From the NCBI RefSeq assembly GCF_006345805.1, contig NC_043010.1:496001-560000 (forward strand): a DNA stretch of 64,000 bases, read 5' to 3'. Numbering within the stretch: the stretch's first letter is position 1; every line of letters starts with the position of its first letter. This DNA comes from Octopus sinensis (taxonomy: Eukaryota). Below are positions 51,546 through 63,884 of this stretch, one piece after another. A program made the position numbers and the translations under genes. The notes under the pieces are model-generated. The model did no database searches, was not told the origin of the DNA, and saw only the letters and a list, made by a program, of their open reading frames with translations.

Positions 51546-51765
51546 TAACAGACTTCCACACAGCGGTGCTCCAGCATGGCCACAGTCAAATGACTGAAAC
51601 AAGTAAAAGAGTAACAGACTTCCACACAGCTTCCATTTACCAAATTTTATTTATAAGACCATTGGTGGTTGAACCAAGACTATGGTGGAAGAGAAACTTG
51701 CCCAAGGTACCATGCATTGAATTGAACCTAGAAACCATGTAGCTGAGAAGTGAACTTCAACTTCT
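51546..51765 (-). mobile_element. Degenerate SINE A head (minus) carrying a 47-bp SINE A 3' stub (plus, 51565-51611)
   Basis: Exact 19-bp direct repeats taacagacttccacacagc at 51546-51564 and 51612-51630. Confidence 0.9.
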
Positions 51766-51958
51766 CATTCAAATCACTCAGTCTGCAACTGGCCATTTTA
51801 ATTTGTTGCTTAAACATTTCTAATAATTCATATTAAAAAAAAACCGAGGGGGAGGTCTTTAAAAGTTGTTTTTCTTTTATATTTATTTACTAAATGTATG
51901 TATATGTGTGTATGCATATGATATATACAGTATATATTATATATATATAACATATATA

Positions 51959-52246
51959 TGGTAAGAAGCTTGCTTCCCAACTACATGGCTCCAGGTTCAG
52001 TCCCACTGGATGGCATCTTGCGCAAGTGTCTTCAACCATAGTCTCGGGCCAACCAAAGCCTCGTATATATTTTTGTGTGTGTGTGTGTGTTTGTCTCTCT
52101 TGCCATCACTTGACAATCAATGCTGGTGTGTTTATGTTCCCGTAACTTAGCGATTTGGCAAAAAAGACTGATAGAATAAGTACTAGGCTTACAAAGAATA
52201 AGTCCTCAGGTTGATTTGTTTGACTAAAGGTGGTGCTCCAGCATGG
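51959..52246 (+). mobile_element. SINE family A with internal deletion and clipped tail
   Basis: caaagcc joined directly to tcgtatata (deletion between two aagcc motifs); ends at gcatgg. Confidence 0.88.
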
Positions 52247-52344
52247 TAGCCTATAGAAAGAGGAGAGGTAAAGGAAAGAAAAAAAAATTAGAAATCAAAT
52301 AAATGAGAAATATAGACGATATGTGAATTAAATAAAACCCTAAA

Positions 52345-52550
52345 GTGTTGGAAAAAAGATATATCTAGTGGAAGTGAAATGTAGAGTAATTATTCTTGGG
52401 CAATTACTAGGAACTTAGTTAAGAATATTTCATTTAGATTGTCTAAGTTATCTGCTAATGTTGACATTTTCAATGACAAGGCTGAATTTTATAATTCTGC
52501 CTTACTTAAAGCAGGTTATACAGATAAAGTTACCTACATTAATCCATTCA
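52345..52550 (+). mobile_element. PLE RT thumb fragment, same lineage as 2480-4250
   Basis: NLVKNISFRLSKLSANVDIFNDKAEFYNSALLKAGYTDKVTY aligns with GLVKNISTRISRLSANKNIFKLYATYYNAALARAGYHEKIQY. Confidence 0.85.
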
Positions 52551-52816
52551 ATCTTATTCTACCTTTGCTAATGGAGACATGAAATCTAGTTGTAAGGATA
52601 TAAACATGTGTCAGATTTAAAAGAATTTGAATAACACCTGCGTTTAACTCCATTTATTTATTTATATATATTGTACAAAATATTTCACATAAACCCAAAG
52701 TTTCAACCTTTAAAAACAAGGTGTTATGCCCTTTTTACTTGTGTGATTTTTTGGTACTCTGTTAACTTTTTATCTATTTTTCCCGTGTTAATTGTAAACA
52801 AGGGAAACATACACAC

Positions 52817-52888
<72 letters not shown>

Positions 52889-52923
52889 CTCTATCTATCT
52901 ATCTCTCTCTCTCTCTTCTCTCT

Positions 52924-53022
<99 letters not shown>

Positions 53023-53501
53023 GAGAGAGAGAGAGAGAGAGACGTAAGAGAATGCACACGCACACACACATTTATACATATATATTATAATATAATAAAA
53101 TTTCTTTTCTCTCTGTCTTTTCAGTAAATCTTCAAGACAACATCACCAAAATTGAATTGCAGAAGAAAATAAATACTTTCACTTGAAAGAGGATACTTTG
53201 GTAGTAATGTGACAAAAACAAATAAAAAGAAAGAAATAAAAAGAATAAAAAGAGAAAAGTTTGAAAAAAAAAACAAAAAGGAAAAATGAAACATTTCAAC
53301 ATTTGTCTCTTGTTCCACTTGAGCCTGTCACGTGACAAACTGCAGTATTGATGTCCAACATACACATCGATATAAACATATATAAAAGACACATCATAAC
53401 CAAATAAAGAAACTCAACAAACACATTTCTCATCTTAGCATTCGATTTCCCAGTCGAATGTTCGTTCTCTTCATACTGCTATAAAGAAAAATAATTTGTT
53501 A

Positions 53502-53539
<38 letters not shown>

Positions 53540-53590
53540 ACGGCAGCAGCAGCAGTAGCAGTGCTATCATCATATCTACCACCATCTTCA

Positions 53591-53671
53591 CCACTAGCAC
53601 CACTATCTGTGCTGCAATCACCAGAACCACTAGCACCACTATCTGTGCTGCAATCACCAGAACCACTAGCA
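53591..53671 (+). repeat. 36-bp tandem duplication x2.25
   Basis: ccactagcaccactatctgtgctgcaatcaccagaa at 53591 and 53627. Confidence 0.92.
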
Positions 53672-53766
53672 ACTGTAGCAGCAGCACCACCATCGCCAAT
53701 TACGACACTACCACTACAGACAACATCATCGTCAACAACAACAACAACAACAAAGCCATTTTTCTC

Positions 53767-53796
53767 CCCTAACATTGCATATCCTGTGACATAAGG
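53767..53796 (+). promoter_or_regulatory. Candidate branch point and splice acceptor just upstream of the protocadherin ATG
   Basis: cCCTAAC at 53767-53773, pyrimidine-rich context, AAG|G with AG at 53794-53795. Confidence 0.5.
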
Positions 53797-53813
53797 TTTC
53801 TAATTGTGGGAAC

Positions 53814-56243
53814 ATGTTACTGCAAAGTTGTCTATTGCTGTTGCTCGTTGACACGTACCTCTGCATAGACCTGATTTATCAAGTTGAAGAAGGGAAAAGA
53901 CCTGATACTTTTGTTGGTGACATAGCAGTGGACTCACATTTGTTGGACACTGTGCCGGTCAGTGACCACAACCAGTTCCAGTTTAGTTTGCTACATGAAA
54001 TTGTGATGGGTGAACAACAGCTGTTTCGTGTGACACCAGCTGGGAAGCTTTACACGGCTCAGGAACTCGATGCTGAAGCTCTGTGCAAATATAACACAGA
54101 ATGCTTTACTATGGTGGAAATAGCTGTCCAACACAAAGAATCTTTTGTCAAAATATTAGACATTAAAGTGGTTGTAGAAGATGGCAATGATTTCCAACCT
54201 GAATTTTCTGTCGATCAATTTAATATATACTTTTCAGAAAGAGAAGGCAAAGGATCACGAATATCAATTCCAAATGCTATTGACAGAGACGTCGGCGTCT
54301 TAAATTCTAAGGTTACCTATCAACTGAAAAGCAATATTGATGAACCTTTCCGATTATCTGTCTTAAAGCAAGGTGATGGCACTTCTAAATTAGCAATTAT
54401 CTTGGAGGAAAGACTCAACAAAGAAGTAAAAGATACCTACCTTCTTCAAGTAATTGCTAGAGATGGTGGCTCACCACCAAAACAAGGCATTTTGAATATT
54501 AAAATATCAGTCACAGATGAGAATGACAATTCACCTATATTTTCTCGAAGCATTTACAATGTTACAGTAAACAGCAGACACCGGCAAAGTGTTCCAATCG
54601 TTACATTGTCAGCAACAGACCTTGATTCTGGCAAAAATGGTAATATTTCATATCATTTTAGTTCAAAGACACCAGACTTGGCTAAAAGCCATTTCATGTT
54701 GGACCACATATCTGGTGAAATATTTCTCAATAAAAGATTTACACTGAATGAGAAACAAACTTACAAGTTATTCATAGAAGCCAGAGATGGGGGCAGTCCT
54801 TCATTGAGTTCAACAGCAGTGGTTCTGGTAAATGTAGTGAGCGAAGCAAATAATGCTCCAAGAATTGATGTGAAGTTCGTTTCTAAGTCCAGTAGAAATA
54901 AAACTGTGATATCAGAGGGAGTAGAGACTGGCAGTTTTATAGCTTATGTAAAAGTATCAGACAATGATGTTGGTCGTAATGGGGAGGTCAGCTGCAGACT
55001 ACAACATGATAACCTACAGCTAAAAAGTTTAAGCAAAAATAAATACAAAGTAGTCATCAAAAAACCAGTTGACCGAGAAAAACAAAAGCAAATAGAATTC
55101 ACTATTGTTTGTGAAGATGAGGGTTCGCCATCTTTAAAGACAAAAGGACACTTTTCTATCCAAGTGATGGATGTCAATGATGTGCAGCCTCTATTTTCTA
55201 AAGATACTTTTAAATTCCTTACATATGAAAATGAAAAACCACACTTCCCGATTGGTTTCATTAATGTCACTGATCCAGATCTTGGTTCTGGAAGTCAGTT
55301 GAATTACACATTGTTTAGCAATGATAGAGGAATTCTTCCTTTTGAAATTTCTGACTTTGGATTTATTTCAACCGCCCAGTCTTTGGACAGAGAGAAACAA
55401 GATATTTATAAATTTCGAGTTTTTGTCAAAGATAATGGAATACCACCTCTAAACAACACAGCAGATGTCATCGTTGAAGTTATTGATGAAAATGATAACC
55501 CACCATATTTCAGCTTTCCAAGTGTGAACCCTTTTAGTTTGGATGTCCACTATCATCCACAAAGCAAGAACGACATCACAGTTTTGAGAGCATCAGATAA
55601 AGATATACGAGAAAATGCCTTCCTCCGTTTTGAAATCCTCCGTGGTAATGACAAGCAATTATTTTCGGTGAATCCCTATTCTGGGGTGTTGTCATTCTCC
55701 CGTAAAGTCTACCAAAACGATGCCGGTTCTTATAATCTGCAGTTAGCTGTCAAAGACAGTGGCACTCCTGCTCTATCAGCAACCACAACCTTATCATTGA
55801 CATTGACAGTAAGTAACAAGACCTCGACGATGTTAACAGCATTGCAAACCTTATCAGATGATAAAATTCATATAAATTTAGTAATAATTATTGTTATAGC
55901 AGCTGTCACTTTGTCCACTGCTATAGTGGTTTCCATAGCAATATGTATCATACAAAGAAACAATCAGAAAGAAATCCAGTATAATGAAGAATTTGAAATT
56001 TCTAACAAATTCCTCAGTGACTCTGAAAAATCAAAATACTTTCATGAACCGTCTTCGTCACACACTGAAGCTCAGCTTGCTCTTGCAGCAGATCTTGCCA
56101 AAAGTAGGAACTCCCCAGCCACAATACCAAGGAGAGACACACCGACTGGATTTAAGTCAACTCCCGATCACACGTGGAGAGGATGTAATTCTGGAAAACA
56201 AGTTCAAGCTGTGGCAGAAGAAGAAGAAGAAACTTATTCCCAG
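53814..56243 (+). CDS. Protocadherin (coleoid expanded type), large first coding exon; unspliced ORF runs to stop at 56264
   Basis: 816-aa ORF: signal peptide, six cadherin repeats (DxD, LDRE-like, DxNDNxPxF linkers), EC1 CKYNTEC loop, TM INLVIIIVIAAVTLSTAIVVSIAICII, ectodomain intronless. Confidence 0.97.
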
Positions 56244-57356
56244 GCAAGATATTTTCTTATGTAATTTTCACACACACACACACACTCACACAATACATAC
56301 ACACACAAAACAGACAGGCAAACAGGCACACACAAAATACTTCCACAAACTCATTCACATTTACAAAAGTCACACACATTTTCACACAAACATATTAGAG
56401 ATACATACTATGAGTGTACTGCTATTACATTTACGTAACTCTGCTAAAAGGTTACTGTAACATTACGATGACACTACAATGACAATAATGTACTACTATG
56501 ACACTACTACAACATTAAGATGTCAGAGTGTACTACCAAGACATTTCTATGACAGTGTACTATTACACTTTTATGACATTGCCAAAAGTGTGTGTATGTG
56601 TATGCGTGTGTGTGTTTGCATAAAACAATGATACTTTTACACTGCAATATTCTATAACAGATTTTTCTACACTGTTTATACTAAACAGTGTAGATACCAC
56701 ATTCACCAATGACATGAATTTTATGCAAATAATGTCTTACACAGTTTATTTAATCTTCTTTTAAAAGTGTTCTGGAAACAATATTTTTGTTGCAACATAA
56801 CAGAACATATCATATATATAAGAATATGTTTGCGTGTTTATATATATACATATATATATAAGTATATATACATATATATATATATATGTATATATACTTA
56901 TATGTATGTGTATATATACTTATATATATATATATGTATATATACTTATATATGTATATATATACACACACTCACATACATACACACACACACATAATTT
57001 TTGTGTTTTTAAATAAAGTAAATTTCCCTGATGCAAGGAGTATTCTTTGTGAGTGAGGATAAAGCCATGAGAAAGTCTGTGAGACTTCTTGGAATATGTC
57101 TCCTTGTTAATATCTGGGGGTTAGGTTTATTGCACAACCTGTCCTCAATATGGCTATATTCTCTCACTTAAGTATTTTTGTACATAAGGCATGAACTTTC
57201 TCTCTCACCTGTACATTCTCATTTGTTATTTACCTCATTAAATCTTGAAAAGTCATCCTTTGTATATGATACTAAGAATGGTTACAATTTATTCCAATTT
57301 TCTTGGCACTCATTCATTGCAGTCAATAATTTGTAGGCTCATGTAGCAGAAGATTA

Positions 57357-58263
57357 GGATCTTTTCTGTTTGCATTCACTTTTTGAAATTTTCAAATTAT
57401 GTGAAAATTTTCAAATTTGGAATATTGATGTTAATTTTTCATGCTGAATCTGATGACATTGTTCACTAGCTCCAGAAAATATATTTTAAAAAATGTTACT
57501 GAGATTCAAAGTTTGATAATTTTTACCCAATGAGAAACCAGGATTTGGAAGCTATAGTTTTGTGTGTGACGACAACATTACAACAACAGAACATTCATGA
57601 CAATATTACAATGAGAAAACATTCAACAATGGAAGTTCTAATAAGCTTTAAGCATTTAATAAACATTCAGTGCAAGAAATGACCAAAACAGCTGTAAAAA
57701 ACATATCTTGTAGCAAAAAAAACATTAAATTACAAAAAATTACAAAAAATAAAAAAAACGAGGACAAACTGTAGTTCAGTTCATGAATAGATGGGAATCA
57801 AAATTTCAAAAAATGAAAATTTGTGATGCTGTCGTGGATTTTGTCAAGTAAATTACAATTTTTGTATCTCCTGTACCACATAAACTTGCAGAGATATGAG
57901 TCAACCATAAAATGGTGAGTGCCAGAGCATTGTTCATTACTTCACCTTATATACTTTCCATTTGTTGCACGTGGGTCCCATCTTTGGAGTTGATAAACCC
58001 AATGTTGAGTAAGTAGAAAAACAGAAAACTTGACTTGTTACTATGGAAACAAGCACCTAAGTGTCTTTTGATTGTGGCTTTTGATTGGCTAAAATTACCG
58101 AAAACTTGCAAACTTTAAAAACTATTAACTATTTTTTAATTGATAACACAAATGAATTTCATTTCCATAATTAGCATACAAAACTACATCATTACACCAA
58201 ATTTGAAATCAAATGGAACAAAATTGAAGAAATTGAAAAGTGAACGCCAAACAGAAAAGATCT
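57357..58263. mobile_element. ~907-bp non-autonomous DNA transposon with TIRs (Merlin-like termini and TSD length)
   Basis: TIR ggatcttttctgtttg..ttcacttt at both ends; 8-bp flanks gaagatta / aaagattc. Confidence 0.75.
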
Positions 58264-58886
58264 AAAGATTCTCACATTACTTCATTCTTTTGTATATAAA
58301 TATTCTTTGTAAAAACAATGTTTTGGTTTCCAAATAATAGAAACATGCCTAGATAAATATAGATACATAAACACACACATATAAGACATTTTCAAATATG
58401 ATCAATAATGAAAAAGTGAAGAGAATTGCCTGTGGAGCTCAAACCTGTATCTGCTGGGTTCTGGATCGTCATATCACCAGTTACATCAAACAGGTTCTAA
58501 AGACATTTAACTATCAAAAACAGTGCTAACGAATGTGTTTATTACTCTTGTGTCACATGAGGTTCCAATATTATTATGTAGTCACTCAACCACCATTAAC
58601 CAAATGGCTCCAACTATTCACAGAGTTCATTGCTGTCTAAATGTGATCATTCTGCATGTAACAAGCTGTAGTGGTGTATCTGATGGGCAATTCTGTACAC
58701 TTTTTCTATTTTCTGTCATATTTGTAAATATCTTACATAGACATAAAAAAATGAAAACTGATTTAAATATAGTTAATATAAATGTATGATTATGTATATA
58801 TAATATACATATATGTATGTATTTACACACACACACATACATGTGTATAAATATATGTATATATATATGTATATATATATATATAT

Positions 58887-59177
58887 AAAACAATTGCAGT
58901 GTGGAAGGTGTTTATAAGCCATTTAAGAAACACACAAAACCGTTAGATTCACTTCAACATTTAAATTTAATTTGTCAAAATATTTTCGTTGCTTTGAGAC
59001 TGCGACCTGTTCACTGCAAAACTTTGAGATGCAGCATGAAGTTTTGTCAGTGAACAGGTCGCAGTCTCAAAACGACGTAAATATTTTAACAAATTAAACT
59101 TAAATGTTGAAGTGAATCTAACGGTTTTGTGTGTTTCTTAAATGGCTTATAAACACCTTCCACACTGCAATTGTTTT
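58887..59177. repeat. Long palindrome, ~138-bp arms, 14-bp spacer, in the protocadherin intron
   Basis: Arms 58887-59024 and 59039-59177 are reverse complements with only a few mismatches. Confidence 0.96.
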
Positions 59178-59229
59178 CGTTCCAGCACACGATCTCAGAT
59201 CAAGTCACTCACTATGCAAGTACATCTCC

Positions 59230-59271
<42 letters not shown>

Positions 59272-59282
59272 TACATACATAC

Positions 59283-59334
<52 letters not shown>

Positions 59335-59500
59335 GTAGAGGCGCAATGGCCTAGTGGTTAGGGCAGCGGACTCGCGGTCGCAGGATAGCGGTTTCGATTC
59401 TCAGACTGGGCGTTGTGTGTGTTTATTGAGCGAAAACACCTAAAAGCTCTACGAGGCTCCGGCAGGGGGTGGTGATCCCTGCTGTACTCTTTCACCACAA
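59335..59500 (+). mobile_element. CpG-rich tRNA-derived SINE head (possibly an octopus OR-type SINE), fused to a different tail at 59501-59547
   Basis: TGGCCTAGTGG A-box, GGTTTCGATTC B-box; abrupt switch to tggcggtgccccagcatggcc. Confidence 0.8.
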
Positions 59501-60092
59501 TGGCGGTGCCCCAGCATGGCCACAGCTCAAGAGCTGAAACTGGAAAAACAAAAACAAACAAAAAATATATATATATATATATTGATAAGCCATGAAAATG
59601 ACAAAATATTGATAGCCACCACTCCTGAAGGGGCTTAGAGGTGAGTTGTCTTGTCTGTCTATGACGTTCAAGTGTTTTAATACTCACTGCTAAGTGAAAG
59701 TCATCCCCTAAGTGCTATCCTGCAGTAAAGTGGTGAGCAAGCAAAACACATAAATTGACTATGTGTAGTTGATAACACACACACACAGTCCATCAAGAAA
59801 ATGTATGCACACCTCAGGAAAGGAAAAAATCTGTATAAATATTGAACTTGTATAAGTACCCTTATAAATATAGATACCTCTTTTATCAAATTGTGATAAC
59901 ACTGAAGAAATTACAATAGCACTGAATTAAAATATTTATAAAGATTTTTCCTTTCTTGAAGTGTGTACACATTTTTCAATTGGACTCTGTATATATATAT
60001 ATATACACATATATACATATATATATATATATATAATATATATATATATATACATATATACATATATTATATACATATATATATATATATGC

Positions 60093-60134
<42 letters not shown>

Positions 60135-60179
60135 GATATTGAACTCTGTGTATGTATATATATATATATATAATATATA

Positions 60180-60520
60180 GTGAAGGCACATGGCTCAGTG
60201 ATTAGAGCGTTGAGCTTATGATTCCGAGGTTGTGAGTTCGAATCCCGAACCGGGCTGCATGTTGTGTTCTTGAGCAAGGCACTTTATTTCACATTGCTCC
60301 AGTTCACTCAGCCGTAGAAATGAGTTGTGACTTCAATGGTGCCAAGCTGTATTGGCCTTTGCCTTTCCCTTGGATAACACTGGTGGCATGGAGAGAGGAT
60401 GCCAGTATGCATGGCGACTGCTGGTCTTCCATGAAACAACCTTGCCTGGACTTGTGCCTGGGAGGGTAACTTTCTAGGTGCAATCCCATGGTTAGTGTCG
60501 TGACCAAAGGGCGTCTCAGC
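60180..60520 (+). mobile_element. tRNA-derived SINE (family D), full-length
   Basis: TGGCTCAGTGA A-box, GAGTTCGAATCC B-box; collinear with 15210-15505. Confidence 0.9.
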
Positions 60521-61690
60521 ATATATGTATATATAATACACCCACAAACATATATATATGTACATGTTTTATATGCAACTGACATATATATATAAGCCAT
60601 ACATAAATACACTCATACTAATACACATGCATACGGATCCATACACAATATCCACATTGGTTGCCCTGAGAGTGGTAGTGTAATTAATTGTCCAGTCTAT
60701 TTGTTTTATTTTTTTCCCATGGCAAATAAATGCCTGTACAAGTACAGCTGGTGCTTTTCCTTCCTCTGAGACTATGATAAAAATAAAGAACTATAAAAAA
60801 TACCCTTAATTTGACATTATACTTTTCTAAATTGTCAGTAGTTCACAGGAAAATAAAGTAATGTAATCCTTTGTCCCATTTTGATGGCATGAAGAATTCT
60901 TTTTTTTTTTTTTATTGAATCCCAATCAACGGTTTTAATGCAGTACATATTAAACAACGGACAATTATACAAATAAAACGACAATTGAAATAAATGTTAT
61001 TGTATTAAAACAACTGTTAAACTTTGAAAGTGGTGATGAAAATACGCTTAAGTAAACAACCAACCAACACATACACTCATTAATCTATTTATGCTTATGA
61101 CTAAATATCATGTATTTATATATGCATATAAGCACACACACATTATATATGTTTGTATATGATATATGATAATACACACACACACACATATAAAATTATA
61201 TATATATAATTTTATACATTGGGAATGGTGGTCACATTTCGTCAATTAAACACATACACTTTATAAATTGGTCTTTATTCAGCTTTGTTATTACTATTTT
61301 TGTTTCTTTGTCAATGCTCTTTTGTCACATATCATGTGATCTCATCAATGACTCAGAAACAATAATATGATGAATAAATGATAATTCAAATCAGAGATTA
61401 CTAAATGGACAAAGCAAAACAGGAGGAGACATGTGGGATAAAAAGATGCTGCAGAGGTGACAGGATGTGTGAGGAAAGAGCATTGACAAAGAAACAAAAA
61501 TAATAAAAATAAAGCTAAAGACCAAACCTATAGTGCATGTGTTTAATTGGCAAAATATGACCATTACAAAGTATAACAATACTTGTTTCAACATACAATT
61601 TCCTATCAAGAATTTTGCAAAACAAATACATATTTAAATACATACATACATACATACATACACACATACACACATACATACATACATACA

Positions 61691-61724
<34 letters not shown>

Positions 61725-62250
61725 CATACATATATAAGTGTATTTTTCATTTATATACTTATATATACATATTGTAGATTCATGCACACATTCATCAATG
61801 GATGCAAGTATGCTTACATACAGTTACACATTTATACACACATTCGTCTGTAAATAAATATACATACACATACATACATATACTCATACAATCATTCATA
61901 CATATATAAAGATACACATAAAACTGCTTATGTATATACACTGAAGGATGGTGGATCAACAGTGATGTGTATAATAATGTATACATATTTTTTGTATTTT
62001 GTCTTTCTTTTTCTTGTTCTTCCTCCTCTTTTTGTTTTTAAAAAAATATTCTATTGTTTCAAGATTTGAATGTTTTTTTATATAATATTTCTAAAAGCTT
62101 CCCTCCCAAAAATGGTCCATTCAGTTATTTTTTCTGTAAAAAAAAAAGAATTTTGTAAAAAAATTATGTTAAATAAAACGTAATCTAATGCTGAACCGTC
62201 TCCATAGTACTGCCTGACTTAGCTTTAGTTCCTGTCTTTGATCTGTTCAG

Positions 62251-62398
62251 AAGACAGCGGTGCCATCTAAAATCGATGACAAGAAAGACCATCTGACCAC
62301 AAACCATTTCAGAAATTGGTCAACTACATTTTCTGATTCTGACACTGGCTGTGGCTGGAAAGAGGGAGACACCGCTAGACTCTACGAAGAATTACCAG
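62251..62398 (+). CDS. Protocadherin cytoplasmic exon (candidate exon 2)
   Basis: Acceptor tctttgatctgttcag|, donor cag|gtaggc; KTAVPSK..FSDSDTGCGWKEGDTARLYEELP; phase 0 matches exon 1 ending at Gln; codon-like island in AT-rich DNA. Confidence 0.8.
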
Positions 62399-62715
62399 GT
62401 AGGCCATCAAAAGTAAAAAAAAAAAACACACAAAAACCAAAAAATATAAATAATTAACAATAATAATAATGATGATGATGATGATGATGAAATTTGAAAG
62501 CAAACAAACAAAAATAATAATATAATAAATAAATAAAAATATAATGAAAAATTTTCATTTTATATTTAACCAAAAATAACAAAAGAAGAAAGGAAATGAA
62601 ATTCAATTTAGTGATAAAACGGAATATATAGTAGTTGAAAGGAAATTAAAAATAGATGAATATTTCATTTATAAATCAATAAATATATATTTGTTAATTA
62701 ATAATTTTTCTCCAG

Positions 62716-62723
62716 GTACATAA
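62716..62723 (+). CDS. Possible terminal micro-coding exon (G-T-stop)
   Basis: Acceptor aatttttctccag|gt aca taa completes the phase-1 Gly codon. Confidence 0.3.
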
Positions 62724-62799
62724 TTTACCTGGAGAACAGTAATTAAATATCAATTATGAAAATAATTTCTACAAAAGAAATTATCTGCATATATGTATG

Positions 62800-62841
<42 letters not shown>

Positions 62842-63073
62842 TATACATACACGCACACATACACACATACACATAATATATATATAATTTCTGGGCTGGT
62901 GTTTGTAGTTCCTCTCCCATTATCCAATTTTATTTCAAACGGTCTAATATTATTTTTTTGTTTGTTGCATTTGTGTCAGTTGTGTTTTAGCCCTTAACCA
63001 AATTTAATATCTTAGTTTATATATACATACATACACACATGCTCACACATATATGTATGTGTATGTATGTATG

Positions 63074-63111
<38 letters not shown>

Positions 63112-63229
63112 TACACACACTCTCTCTCTCTCTCTCTCTCACACACATACACATAAACACATTCTCATATATATATATATGTGTATGTACACACACATTT
63201 ATATATTGTTATATTTGTTGGCAGAATCT

Positions 63230-63430
63230 TGAGGGCATCGTATAAAATGCCTTGTGCTGCTAGTTAGTTCAGTACCTAAATGCTTTAGCTTAAATTCCCA
63301 GCCAAGATCAGCTTTGTCTCTCATTCTTCTAGAACTCATAAATTAAGTGCTAGTCAACTTCTGATCTATTAATTAATTCTTCCCTCCTCGCAAGTTTTGG
63401 TCTTGTATCACTGTAAAAGATCAACATTAT
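63230..63430 (+). mobile_element. SINE family F, very degenerate
   Basis: agctttgtctctcattctt..taaattaagtgctagt..ttggtcttgt resembles 47948-48152. Confidence 0.55.
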
Positions 63431-63524
63431 ATTATTCAATATTTAGTTAATTATTTGTTGGGTTCAATAAATATTATTAAAATTTTTATTCAGGTGAATT
63501 TCCTTTCAACTCGTGAAATTAACA

Positions 63525-63744
63525 TGTAAATGGCTGAGTATACCAAAGATACATGCATTCTTTAATATGTATCTCAAGCTATAAATGGCTGAATATACCA
63601 AAGACACATGCATTCTTTAATATGTATTTCAAGCTGTAAATGGCTGAGTATACTAAAGACACATGCATTCTTTAATATGTATCTCAAGCTGTAAATGGCT
63701 GAGTATACCAAAGACACATGCATCCTTTAATATGTATCTCAAGC
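63525..63744 (+). repeat. 55-bp tandem repeat x4
   Basis: Units start at 63525, 63580, 63635, 63690; 1-3 differences each. Confidence 0.96.
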
Positions 63745-63834
63745 TGAATCAATGACATATATTACGTAACAAAGTTGGACCTTTGAATTACAGATGCAAC
63801 TCAGAAAGAGAAAGAGGGAGAAGTAGATAGATAA

Positions 63835-63871
<37 letters not shown>

Positions 63872-63884
63872 TAAGAGAAGAGAG

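Noticed and set aside
1-53500. A second protocadherin, expected from tandem clusters
   Set aside because: No cadherin motifs in any ORF upstream of 53814; a decayed copy or isolated cytoplasmic exon could have been missed by eye
53479-53794. Ser/Thr/Pro-rich ORFs just upstream of the protocadherin as an N-terminal extension
   Set aside because: They are out of frame, end in a stop before the ATG, and the ATG already begins a signal peptide
54944-55270. 108-aa minus-strand ORF
   Set aside because: Antisense to the protocadherin exon, no independent features
1680-60260. tRNA genes at A/B-box motifs (1690, 15210, 28870, 59345, 60190)
   Set aside because: No complete cloverleaf; each continues into a SINE body
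127-63245. The many YI/CV/HT/LSIY/poly-M/poly-I ORFs in the track
   Set aside because: They are translations of di-, tri- and tetranucleotide microsatellites with no coding signal
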